The notes under the pieces were generated by a model. The model had not been told where the DNA came from. It did no database searches and saw only the letters and a program-made list of their open reading frames with translations. From NCBI GenBank assembly GCA_023140175.1, contig JAGLMD010000059.1, positions 1-55,439 on the forward strand: a stretch of DNA of 55,439 nucleotides, read 5' to 3'. Every line of letters begins with the position of its first letter. The first letter of the stretch is position 1. The position numbers and the translations under genes were made by a program. This document shows, piece by piece, positions 10,093 to 18,166 of the stretch. Origin of the DNA: Nanobdellota archaeon. GTDB taxonomy: Archaea > Nanobdellota > Nanobdellia > Woesearchaeales > WJIZ01.

Positions 10093-10201
10093 CTTTTCAC
10101 CGAGGTTTTGTAGTATTATAATTTTCTAAATATGACTCTTCTAAATTCTCCTATCTTGGGTACTTCTGGTGTGTGCCTATTTGTGCGTTTCTTATTCTCT
10201 A

Positions 10202-10513
10202 TTATTGCCTGGTTATTATTGTGTCAGGGGCAAAGCCCAATCCGAGCAAAATTTCTTTTGTTTTTTGAATATGGTTTCCCTGCAACTCAATTTTTCCTTG
10301 TTTTGTTGTTCCACCACATGCAAGTTTTGATTTCAGTTTCTTTGTCAAGTCTGTCATGTCAATCTCTTTTTCATCTAAACCATATATTACTGTATAGACC
10401 TTGCCGAATTTTTTGCTTTCGAGCAGTATAGTTATCTCCTGGCTTTCCTTGGCAATGGTTTCACAGACGCACAACTCTTTTGGTAAACCACACTTAGAGC
10501 AAATTTCACTCAT
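10202..10513 (-). CDS. Translation initiation factor aIF1 / SUI1
   Basis: It has an N-terminal Cys cluster (CSKCGLPKELCVC) followed by a SUI1 fold segment (KFGKVYTVIYGLD...LKSKLACGGT...IELQGNH). Confidence 0.9.
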   Translation of the reverse strand: MSEICSKCGLPKELCVCETIAKESQEITILLESKKFGKVYTVIYGLDEKEIDMTDLTKKLKSKLACGGTTKQGKIELQGNHIQKTKEILLGLGFAPDTIITRQ

Positions 10514-10733
10514 CCTTTTTTATTTCCTCCTTTGTTTTTTTATCAGATTTTTTATTTATAAGAGTAAGGATCCTTGCAATAGTCTTCTTGGACTGCCTTA
10601 TCCGGCCCGGGCTTTTTGGTGTTGTGCCTGAAGCAACTTCTGAGTTTGATTTTATCAGTTCCATTCTTATTTCTCTGAGGTGCTTTTCCAGTTCTTTCTT
10701 ATCCATATTTACTAAATCTTTATTTTTGACCAT
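10506..10733 (-). CDS. rpl29: 50S ribosomal protein uL29
   Basis: It contains ELEKHLREIRMELIKSNSEVASG...IRQSKKTIARILT. Confidence 0.85.
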   Translation of the reverse strand: MVKNKDLVNMDKKELEKHLREIRMELIKSNSEVASGTTPKSPGRIRQSKKTIARILTLINKKSDKKTKEEIKKDE

Positions 10734-10738
10734 CTTGT

Positions 10739-11452
10739 TCAGCTTTTCTTCTGCTCTTCTTCAGCAGGCTCTTTTTCTTTTTCTTCTTCCTTTTTCTTAT
10801 CTGCTTCTTTAGTTTTTTCATCAATCTCTTCTATAGCCCCTTTTTCTTCTTCAATTAACTCTATATGATCAGGCAGCTTAGTGTTTGGAGGCATTATGCT
10901 TACCTTTATGCCGACCACACCAGTTTTTAGTTTTGCTGTTGCATATGATGTATCAACACCAGTTAATGCGATATCCCCGCATTTTTTCAGATATCCCCTG
11001 TAAAATCTCCATACTTTTGATCTTGAGCTGGGTATCTTTCCTGAAATCAGTATTTCAATGCCCATAGCTCCTGCGTTCATAACATCTGACATTGTCTTAT
11101 GGCCAATTCCCTTGAATTTCGAAGTCCCAAATTTTTCGAGATAGTTGATTATTTTTTCAGCCATGATATTAGCATCAAGACTTACATTTTCAACCTCGCT
11201 TATTTCTACCTGTGGGTTTTCCAAATTAAATTTCTTCTTTAGTACCTTTGTCAGCTGTTTGATATTCTGGCCGCGCCTTCCAACCACAATTCCCGGCCTG
11301 GAAGTATATATTACCACTTTCTCTCCGAGGGGTGTTCTTTGCAGCTTTGTGTGGCTGTGTTCAGCACCTCTCAGGCTTTTAGATATGAATTCCTGAACCA
11401 TGAATTCTTTCATGTTTGATGCAATGAATTTTCTCTCAATCAAAAAAACCAC
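10739..11452 (-). CDS. rps3: 30S ribosomal protein uS3 with an E/K-rich C-terminal tail
   Basis: It has the ERKFI N-terminus and a KH-domain segment (RPGIVVGRRGQNIKQL). The start is a GTG. Confidence 0.9.
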   Translation of the reverse strand: MVFLIERKFIASNMKEFMVQEFISKSLRGAEHSHTKLQRTPLGEKVVIYTSRPGIVVGRRGQNIKQLTKVLKKKFNLENPQVEISEVENVSLDANIMAEKIINYLEKFGTSKFKGIGHKTMSDVMNAGAMGIEILISGKIPSSRSKVWRFYRGYLKKCGDIALTGVDTSYATAKLKTGVVGIKVSIMPPNTKLPDHIELIEEEKGAIEEIDEKTKEADKKKEEEKEKEPAEEEQKKS

Positions 11453-11494
11453 CCGTTTTTTTGAAGTTCCAAAAAATTAAATTTTTTGTGACAA

Positions 11495-12127
11495 TCATTT
11501 TTTATCATCTGCCTCTTCCTGATTTTTTGAAATTTCCATTTTTTTATCATCAACCTTAACGTTCTTCTCTTCTACTTCTTTTTCTTTAGGAGCAGGCTCT
11601 TTGGAGATTTTCTTAGAAGCAATAGCTTCTTCTGCTTTCTTTTCCTTTGAAGGTTCTTTCTGTTCTTTTTTAATATCTTTGTTCTTTTTGCTTTTTCCTT
11701 CCTCTATTACTATCTCGATGTTTGTTCTTTTTGCTTTTCTTCTTCTAAATCTTCCATATCTCCATGCATTACCCCCTTTCTGGGCCGAGATGTGCTTTAT
11801 TATAGTATCTGATGTGTTAAGTCCTTTGAATTGTGCATTTGATTCTATAGATTCTATGAGCTTAAATATTTCCTTAGCTGCTTTTTGAGGATATTTTCCA
11901 GCCATCATTCCTTTTTTATGGCCAGCGCCGTTTGTAAATCTCGTAAATTTTATTGGTGTTTTTAGGTCCATCGCATCTTTTAACATAGTTTTTGCCTTTG
12001 CTACAGGCTTTTTTCTCAGGCTATTGCATATCTCTATGGATGCTTTTGTTGATATGGGCAAAGCTCTGCCTATGCCTCTTGCCATATGTTCCTTATTGTA
12101 AACTTGACTAGAGTAATTATTTGCCAT
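11495..12127 (-). CDS. rpl22: 50S ribosomal protein uL22 with a K/E-rich C-terminal tail
   Basis: It contains ARGIGRALPISTKASIEICNSLRKKPVAKAK, and its position is conserved. Confidence 0.9.
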   Translation of the reverse strand: MANNYSSQVYNKEHMARGIGRALPISTKASIEICNSLRKKPVAKAKTMLKDAMDLKTPIKFTRFTNGAGHKKGMMAGKYPQKAAKEIFKLIESIESNAQFKGLNTSDTIIKHISAQKGGNAWRYGRFRRRKAKRTNIEIVIEEGKSKKNKDIKKEQKEPSKEKKAEEAIASKKISKEPAPKEKEVEEKNVKVDDKKMEISKNQEEADDKK

Positions 12128-12128
12128 C

Positions 12129-12512
12129 TTATTTCACTGATATATTTGCTGATGATTTTGTAGCGCCGATTCCTGGTGCAGAGTGGGTTATGTTCTTTCT
12201 TGTTAAGGCAAACTCACCAAGGAAGTGCCCTATCATCTCTGGCTGTATCTCCACCGAAACAAATCCCTTGCCATTGTGCACTTTTACTGTTTTGTTGATC
12301 ATCTCCGGCAGGATTACCATATCCCTGCAATGTGTCTTAAGATTATTATCATTCTTCTTTATTTTTTTCAGTACGACCTTGTGTTTATCGGTTAAGCCTC
12401 GCTTAAGGCTTCTTCTTGCACGTGCCTGAAAAAGTTCTGCTACTTCATTAATTGTCATAGATTCCAGTTCTTCAATGGTTTTTCCACGATATGTGAATTC
12501 CTTTTTTGCCAT
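12129..12512 (-). CDS. rps19: 30S ribosomal protein uS19
   Basis: It contains FTYRGKTIEEL...ARRSLKRGL...VHNGKGFV...GEFALTRK. Confidence 0.9.
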   Translation of the reverse strand: MAKKEFTYRGKTIEELESMTINEVAELFQARARRSLKRGLTDKHKVVLKKIKKNDNNLKTHCRDMVILPEMINKTVKVHNGKGFVSVEIQPEMIGHFLGEFALTRKNITHSAPGIGATKSSANISVK

Positions 12513-12524
12513 TTTTGATTACCC

Positions 12525-13232
12525 TTATTTCTTCCTTCCTGTTCTCCTTGGAGCAATTTTACCTACTTTTCTACCAGGGGGGCTGTTTCTCGAAGATTGA
12601 GTTGGCCTTCCCTTTGTATGTGAAGATTTGCTTCCAAAAGGATGCGCAACAGCGTTCATAGATGTTCCCGATACAGAAGGCCAGAACTTATTCTTAGCTT
12701 TCATACTAAAATATTTTTTTCCAGCTTTCATAAATGGTTTTTCTGTTCTTCCTGAACCAGCAACAGTGCCGATAGTAGCGAGACATTTTGATGAAAATTC
12801 TTTCTGTTTTTTTGAAGGCAGCTTCACTATTACCTTCCCTATGCTTTTTGTGGTTATTCTTGCAGCGGCGCCAGAAGACCTCACGAACTTACCACCATCT
12901 CCTGGTTTGGATTCTATATTGAATATGGGTGTACCCTCTGGTATTTCTGCTAATGGCAATGTATTGCCGGGCCGAATTTCAGAGTTTTTGCCATAGCTTA
13001 CTTCATCGCCAACTTTCTTACCCTCAGGAGCAATAGCAAGGTTATATCCTTCTGGGTAATTCACAACTATCAATGGCGCTGTATGGCCCTGTGAATGCAG
13101 TATGTCTTCGATTTTTCCAACTGCATTTTTATCTATTTTAGGGTGTTCTGCTTTTCCAGGATATCTAAAACTCGGAGCCCTGAAAGTAGATGAACCCCTT
13201 CCCCGCCTTTGCTGAATAAGATTCTTACCCAT
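12525..13232 (-). CDS. rpl2: 50S ribosomal protein uL2
   Basis: It contains GKNLIQQRRGRGS...PGDGGKFVRSSGAAA...AVAHPFG. Confidence 0.95.
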   Translation of the reverse strand: MGKNLIQQRRGRGSSTFRAPSFRYPGKAEHPKIDKNAVGKIEDILHSQGHTAPLIVVNYPEGYNLAIAPEGKKVGDEVSYGKNSEIRPGNTLPLAEIPEGTPIFNIESKPGDGGKFVRSSGAAARITTKSIGKVIVKLPSKKQKEFSSKCLATIGTVAGSGRTEKPFMKAGKKYFSMKAKNKFWPSVSGTSMNAVAHPFGSKSSHTKGRPTQSSRNSPPGRKVGKIAPRRTGRKK

Positions 13233-13234
13233 GA

Positions 13235-13504
13235 TTACATCAACCCTAATTGTGTTGCAATGTCTATTGCAGGACTTTCGTCACTGAATTTTATATATGC
13301 CCTTTTTTCTCCCTTAATATTTATGAATAGATTTATTTTGACTATTTTCGCATTGAATAGTTCTTCTATTTCCTTTTTTATTTCACTTCTTTTTGCTTTT
13401 TTATCAACTACAAAGATAAGCTTGTTTTCTGATTCCATCAATCTTATCGATTTTTCAGTCGATAATGGATATTTTATAATTTGCTTTTTATTCATAACTA
13501 TCAC
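13235..13504 (-). CDS. rpl23: 50S ribosomal protein uL23
   Basis: It contains IIKYPLSTEKSIRLMESENKLIFVVDKKAKRSEIK. Confidence 0.9.
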   Translation of the reverse strand: MIVMNKKQIIKYPLSTEKSIRLMESENKLIFVVDKKAKRSEIKKEIEELFNAKIVKINLFINIKGEKRAYIKFSDESPAIDIATQLGLM

Positions 13505-14307
13505 ATGAAACGGTTCTCTTTGGACATTTTTTCTACTGCCTTATCTGTCCATAAAGTTATTCTTCCCGGCATTGTGCCCGGTGCAAGCAGCTCTGCATTC
13601 AGGCCAGATACTTTTACTATATCTGCTCCAGGTATATTTTTAGCTGATTTTAATAAAGGGCAGTCTTCTGCTGTTACAATTAAAATACCTTTCTTCTTCT
13701 TATATTTTCTTCCACGCATTTTTCCTTTACCTGGACGAATTTTTTTCTTTTCAGTTCTTGCAAGCTCCTTCTCAAGCCCAATACTTTTAAGGAAATCAAG
13801 CACTTCTTTTGTTTTTTTTAATGAGCTTATAGTATTATCAATGATAAATGGGTAATTGTCTGGAGGGATATGGCCTCTTTTCTGGGATAATTCTTTAGAG
13901 ACTGTTGCTGATATTGCGCTTCTTATCGCCAGATTCTTTTCTTTTTTGTTTATCTTCTTCTCCCATATCTTTTCGGATTTGGGCGGGTGAGCTCTTCTGC
14001 CCCCAACTGTCTGGGGAGCGAATGCACCTGTCCAGTTCATTCTTTCTCCGCTTCTGGATGTTACTTTTCGAGGAGTTCTTGATTGTCCTATACCATATGT
14101 TGCCTTATAATCATGCCTTCTTTTTGAAACATATACTGAATGTCTCATTCCTGCTTCTTTGGATGCACCATAAGGCTGCCTCTTGCTGCTTTGCTCAGCT
14201 TCTACTGCTCTTTTTATTATATCTTCTCTTAATATCTCATTGAATTGGCCAGGCAAATCTATACTGCCTTTTTTTTCAGAGCCTTTGGATATTATGTCTA
14301 GCTTCAT
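13501..14307 (-). CDS. rpl4: 50S ribosomal protein uL4
   Basis: It contains GQSRTPRKV...GGRRAHPPK and lies between L3 and L23. Confidence 0.9.
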   Translation of the reverse strand: MKLDIISKGSEKKGSIDLPGQFNEILREDIIKRAVEAEQSSKRQPYGASKEAGMRHSVYVSKRRHDYKATYGIGQSRTPRKVTSRSGERMNWTGAFAPQTVGGRRAHPPKSEKIWEKKINKKEKNLAIRSAISATVSKELSQKRGHIPPDNYPFIIDNTISSLKKTKEVLDFLKSIGLEKELARTEKKKIRPGKGKMRGRKYKKKKGILIVTAEDCPLLKSAKNIPGADIVKVSGLNAELLAPGTMPGRITLWTDKAVEKMSKENRFM

Positions 14308-14308
14308 T

Positions 14309-15280
14309 TTACTGTTTTGATTCTTTACTTATATATACTATTGCAGGAGCCTTTTCAGGTATTCTGCTGCTTTTTCTTATAGCATGTGTTAATTTGATTA
14401 ATCTTTTTTTTGGACCGGGTATAGAGCCTCTTACTATTATATACTGGTTCTTTATAATACCATACCTTAAAAAACCACCCTTCTGCTCCACTTCTTTAGG
14501 ATCTTTACTTATTCTGAGCAGATGTTTATTATATTCTGTTCTTTGATGGTATCCCATCTGGCCAGCATGTGCAATCCTATACATAACATGGCCCTGTCCT
14601 TTCCATCCTCCAAGAGAACCCGGATTTCTTTTGGCTTTTTCAGATTTTTTTGCCTTTAATGTTATACCGAACCTCTTTACCGGCCCCTGAAATCCCTTTC
14701 CTTTTGTTATTGAATGAATGTCAAGCTGCTCGCCCTCTTTAAATAATTCGTCAATACTTATCCCTTTTCCTAGTTTTTCTTTTGCATATGCGAGCTTTTC
14801 TTCTTTTTTCCCGCCGATAGCCAGCTCAAAGATCTCTGGCTTTTTTTTGCCAATGTTCGTGAGTTTTGGCTGAGTATAAACAACTAAAGTAATATCATCA
14901 AATTCTTTTACATCATCAATCTTTTTTTCCTGCTTCTTAGGCAATGAGATTATTCTTGATAGGTCTTTATCCAGGTTTTCAGACATTATCTGCGTAATCG
15001 GTCTTATGCCATAATAAGAATTTTTATAGAATCTTACAGAAGCAACCTTGATGGAGGGGCATTCAATTATTGTTGCAGGACAGGATATGGTTTCGCCTTT
15101 TGTTTTTGTTGTGCTTCTGTTATCAGTTATCATAAGGTGAGTCATGCCTACTTTGTATCCTGCAAAACCGAGTGCTTTGGGTTCTAAGCTTTGCCAGCTC
15201 CTTATCTTAGCATGTGCTCTTTTAGCTCTTACTCTAGGCCAAAACTGCATGCTTCCATGTCTCGGATTCTTTTTCTTCAT
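14309..15280 (-). CDS. rpl3: 50S ribosomal protein uL3
   Basis: It has PRHGSMQFWPRVRAKR, and FQGPVKRFG follows later. The start is an ATG at 15280. The longest ORF would use a TTG at 15289. Confidence 0.95.
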   Translation of the reverse strand: MKKKNPRHGSMQFWPRVRAKRAHAKIRSWQSLEPKALGFAGYKVGMTHLMITDNRSTTKTKGETISCPATIIECPSIKVASVRFYKNSYYGIRPITQIMSENLDKDLSRIISLPKKQEKKIDDVKEFDDITLVVYTQPKLTNIGKKKPEIFELAIGGKKEEKLAYAKEKLGKGISIDELFKEGEQLDIHSITKGKGFQGPVKRFGITLKAKKSEKAKRNPGSLGGWKGQGHVMYRIAHAGQMGYHQRTEYNKHLLRISKDPKEVEQKGGFLRYGIIKNQYIIVRGSIPGPKKRLIKLTHAIRKSSRIPEKAPAIVYISKESKQ

Positions 15281-15307
15281 TTTAGTCAAATAGCTCTAGG
15301 CCAGCCA

Positions 15308-15320
15308 TTATTTTTAAAAG
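15308..15320 (-). promoter_or_regulatory. Candidate archaeal TATA box for the L3-led ribosomal operon
   Basis: The minus strand reads CTTTTAAAAATAAT, centred about 35 nt upstream of the rpl3 ATG. This fits a transcription start about 25 nt downstream with a short leader. Confidence 0.35.
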
Positions 15321-15346
15321 CCTTTTTCTGAAGCTCAGTTATAGAA

Positions 15347-15391
15347 ACAGTTTATCTAAATCGAAACTGTACTGAAAAAGCTTCTTTTCAG
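15347..15391 (-). terminator. Two adjacent 7-bp hairpins between the primase gene and the rpl3 promoter
   Basis: The first hairpin pairs ACAGTTT (15347-15353) with AAACTGT (15364-15370). The second pairs CTGAAAA (15372-15378) with TTTTCAG (15385-15391). Both lie downstream of the primase stop, and T-runs are nearby on the minus strand. Confidence 0.3.
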
Positions 15392-15496
15392 GCTTGTTTC
15401 CTATGCTGCTTTTTTTACTTTAAGATGTATAAATTGCATTAAACACCTTATTTTTTAGTATTTTTAAGAATTAGAGGGTATTTATAAAGGTTTCGA

Positions 15497-17035
15497 CTAT
15501 TTTTTCCCTTGCTTGTTTATTCCTCTGCTCTTTAAAATTGAATAATTTACCGGGTTTTTTATCTTTTTGCAGAAATTATCAGGCATGCATATCTGCATAT
15601 CCTTATAGTACATCTGATTGGAGCAATTTGGAGGCAAAATTTTTTCTTTATTTCTTTTATGATATCTGAGCTGGCCCACTATAATTGTTTCTTTCAAAGG
15701 TTCTTGGTTATTTTTGTTCCATTCTCTTATCTTTTTTTCAATCATCTCATAATCCCAGCCAACACTTTTAAGAAAGTTGATTAGGATAAAAACTGTTCTT
15801 TTCCTTCCATCTTCCACTCCAGAGAGCATCTTCTTTATGCATGGGGGAAATAAGACTTCGGGAATAGCTTCTGTTAGCGCTTCAAATTCTTTATTAGAAC
15901 CTGATTCTGTTTCTTTTCTCTCTTTCTCTTCTCCAAAAGCCATTGCCTTTTCGAATAATTCTTTAGCTTCGTTTTCCTTAGGTTTTTTTCTATCGATAAA
16001 AATATGCTTCGAGATTTTTACTATCTCAGGATTAGCATATTTTTTTTCGAATTTGAGTATTTTTTCAGGATTAAATGGGATAGATGCCATGCCAGATTTC
16101 TCATGCAATGAATATGGCATCCTGAAAAGATGTCTTGATGAGATTAATATCGTATCGACCTCGATTATAGATAAAGGGTTGAATAATTTCTTTGGTTCTT
16201 CATTTGAGCCGCATTCACAGATACTATGTCTTTCTATCTCTTTTTTTTCCATATGCACATTGCATTTCGGGCACAGCTTAAATTGCAATTCTGTGATTGT
16301 TTTTATAGAGGAATCACATTTTGGGCATATAAATTCAATTTCTTTGTCTTTGTTCTTTTCTTTTATCTCTTTTTCACACTTAGAGCAAATATTGATGGTG
16401 AGTTCATCAATGCTTTTCCCGGTGAGTTCCTGTAATTTTTGATATGATATCCTGTATTTTTTATTAAGGCCATCTCCAAAAATGATATCATTGTTTGCTT
16501 CGACTTTAATATATTTATCAGTAATATATTTTAAGAGGTATAATGCCATTTCTCTTGCAGCGATAGGGAACAAGTTTTTTGTTTCTTTTTCTTTATATTG
16601 CTTAGGAAAGGCTTCGAATGGCACCCCAATATGAAATCCCTTATTACCAGAGAACTTTACTGATACAGAATCAATCCCAAAATCTTTTAATCCCTGCACT
16701 ATTAGCCAAGCAGTGATTTTGGCAATCTTCCAGAACGGGGAGTCTATATCGAGAATCAAATCCCACCCCTTCCTCAGCTTCGTAACATTTGATTTTTTCA
16801 TATTTGGGGATATGAGCGTTGGGTTAGTCCATAGTTCTTCAGATGCATGAAAACTTGTCGCACCCTGTTTTGCCAAATCGATAATTTCTTCAGGGTATTT
16901 TAGAATGTCCGGCCTTTTTCCGAATCCTTTATCAGAATATTTTATGGCGACTTCCCTGTTCAAAGCACTATCAACCATGGCCTGTTGTATGTCTTTTCTT
17001 TTGTAATATCTTAAGAGGGTGCTTTGATTTAACAT
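15497..17035 (-). CDS. Fused archaeo-eukaryotic DNA primase: PriS catalytic domain with a Zn-ribbon insert, plus a PriL-CTD-like Fe-S domain
   Basis: AEP motifs are present: GWDLILDIDS (DxD), KFSGNKGFHIGVPFEAF, and SSRHLFRMPYSLHEKSG. The insert carries CSKC...CPKC...CPKC...CEC. The C-terminal domain has FPPCIKKML plus PPNCSN...ICMPDNFC, four Cys spaced like a PriL Fe-S cluster. Confidence 0.8.
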   Translation of the reverse strand: MLNQSTLLRYYKRKDIQQAMVDSALNREVAIKYSDKGFGKRPDILKYPEEIIDLAKQGATSFHASEELWTNPTLISPNMKKSNVTKLRKGWDLILDIDSPFWKIAKITAWLIVQGLKDFGIDSVSVKFSGNKGFHIGVPFEAFPKQYKEKETKNLFPIAAREMALYLLKYITDKYIKVEANNDIIFGDGLNKKYRISYQKLQELTGKSIDELTINICSKCEKEIKEKNKDKEIEFICPKCDSSIKTITELQFKLCPKCNVHMEKKEIERHSICECGSNEEPKKLFNPLSIIEVDTILISSRHLFRMPYSLHEKSGMASIPFNPEKILKFEKKYANPEIVKISKHIFIDRKKPKENEAKELFEKAMAFGEEKERKETESGSNKEFEALTEAIPEVLFPPCIKKMLSGVEDGRKRTVFILINFLKSVGWDYEMIEKKIREWNKNNQEPLKETIIVGQLRYHKRNKEKILPPNCSNQMYYKDMQICMPDNFCKKIKNPVNYSILKSRGINKQGKK

Positions 17036-17057
17036 AATCTGGAAGTATGAGAAAGAG

Positions 17058-17066
17058 TTTAAATAT
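17058..17066 (-). promoter_or_regulatory. Candidate TATA box for the primase gene (near-leaderless transcript)
   Basis: A TTTAAATAT element is centred about 27 nt upstream of the primase ATG at 17035. Confidence 0.35.
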
Positions 17067-17095
17067 TTGTTGTAGTGTGAATGGATTGCCGTAAG

Positions 17096-17104
17096 TTTTA
17101 TAAA
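17096..17104 (+). promoter_or_regulatory. Candidate TATA box for the 5S rRNA
   Basis: TTTTATAAA is centred about 26 nt upstream of the predicted 5S 5' end. Confidence 0.45.
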
Positions 17105-17125
17105 TTAGCCTATGATTCTAACCTT

Positions 17126-17239
17126 TGGACGGTCATAGGGGCTTGGTTCACCTGGTCTCGTTTCGATCCCAGAAGTTAAGCAAACCTCCGTTTTTAGCTG
17201 TACTGTACTTTTGTATGGGAAACTAAGAAAGCTGTCCAC
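17126..17239 (+). rRNA. rrf: 5S ribosomal RNA, not linked to 16S/23S in this window
   Basis: Conserved 5S blocks are present: GGTCATAGGGG, CACCTGGTCTCGTTTCGATCCCAGAAGTTAAGC, GTACTG and GGGAAA. The terminal helix pairs TGGACGG with CTGTCCA. A T-rich tract follows. Confidence 0.85.
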
Positions 17240-17246
17240 CTTTCTT

Positions 17247-18050
17247 TTAATTCTTATTTCTCATTTTATTTATATCTTTAACAGAATGTATATGTATTTC
17301 TTTTTCAGAGCTTAAATGCCCGTTCAGGAGGTTTTTTGATGCTATCTCAGGAAATACATCTTTTTCCAGGCTTGAGCCGGGATATTCTAATACTTCAGGG
17401 CCTGCAACGAATATAGGAGAGAATACTAAGTAAATATCAGACTCTTTTGGCTTCTGTGTAAATTTAAGAACCTTGTTTCCTTCAACCTTAAGTGTGCCTT
17501 TTTCTGATGGCTTTGAAGATGTGGTCATCATTATTGTAGCAAGTGCATTTTGTTTTAGATGATCATTCCATAACTCTTCAATGTTGATTTTATTAAATAG
17601 TATATCCCCATATACTACCAGAAAATCAGTGTCTATCTTTCCTTTAATTATTCTCAATGAGTCTGCTGAGCCGTTAGATTTTTTCTCTTCTATATAATTT
17701 ATCTTTACACCATATACTGCACCGTCTTTTATTATGTTGAATATCTTGGTAAGTATATTCTGTCTGGCAATTATAAAGATATTTTTAAAGCCAGATTCAC
17801 GTAATTTTTCAACAGCCCTTTCAATAATGCTTTTTCCGTTTATCTTAATGGTTGTTCTGCAGTCATTACCTATCCTGATTTTATCTTCTGGTCCACCTAC
17901 CAGAATTACGGCATTTCTATTTTCTCCTAATGCAAGATTAACAAGATATTCTATGGCCTGGGACCTATTTCTGATGTATATGTTATCTATTATTGAATCA
18001 ATATCTTTAAGGAGGGATTTTTCTATTGTTATCGATATTTTCTTTTTCAT
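17247..18050 (-). CDS. Ribbon-helix-helix (CopG-like) domain fused to a nucleotidyltransferase-fold domain with a degenerate G-loop; putative regulator
   Basis: The N-terminus KISITIEKSLLKDIDSIIDNIYIRNRSQAIEYLVNLAL fits an RHH pattern. The rest resembles sugar-phosphate nucleotidyltransferases, but the LAGGxGTRL loop reads LVGGPEDKIRIG. Confidence 0.65.
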   Translation of the reverse strand: MKKKISITIEKSLLKDIDSIIDNIYIRNRSQAIEYLVNLALGENRNAVILVGGPEDKIRIGNDCRTTIKINGKSIIERAVEKLRESGFKNIFIIARQNILTKIFNIIKDGAVYGVKINYIEEKKSNGSADSLRIIKGKIDTDFLVVYGDILFNKINIEELWNDHLKQNALATIMMTTSSKPSEKGTLKVEGNKVLKFTQKPKESDIYLVFSPIFVAGPEVLEYPGSSLEKDVFPEIASKNLLNGHLSSEKEIHIHSVKDINKMRNKN

Positions 18051-18054
18051 ATTT

Positions 18055-18141
18055 TATGCGAATTTATTATAGTATATAAACGTATCGCATAAAGTAGGAT
18101 ATTAGTAAGATATTTAAATAAAGTTGTTGTAACTTCGCGTA
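18055..18141. promoter_or_regulatory. Divergent promoter region with three related CG-containing half-sites (candidate RHH operator)
   Basis: TATGCGA (18055-18061) and TCGCATA (18085-18091) form a 7-bp inverted repeat. TCGCGTA (18135-18141) is a third related site. A TATA-like GATATTTAAATAAAG lies at about 18110-18124, and a GAGGTG Shine-Dalgarno-like element precedes ugd. Confidence 0.3.
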
Positions 18142-18166
18142 TTATTAATATGTCCGAGGTGGATTT

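Noticed and set aside
10093-10201. I looked for a remnant of the RNase P subunit Rpp29 in the gap between SUI1 and S17, and considered the plus-strand ORF 10132..10431.
   Set aside because: The minus-strand frame I translated has early stops and nothing Rpp29-like, and the plus-strand ORF is mostly antisense to SUI1. I treat the gap as a promoter/SD spacer. The other frames were not translated.
20-15289. Many plus-strand ORFs in the six-frame track are antisense to ribosomal protein genes, for example 20..385, 4476..5072, 5577..6245, 6518..7057, 8231..8812, 9257..9646 and 12628..12996.
   Set aside because: They are F/L/S-rich low-complexity translations of the reverse complement of K/E-rich or conserved ribosomal coding sequence. 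Every position is already explained by a recognisable minus-strand gene.
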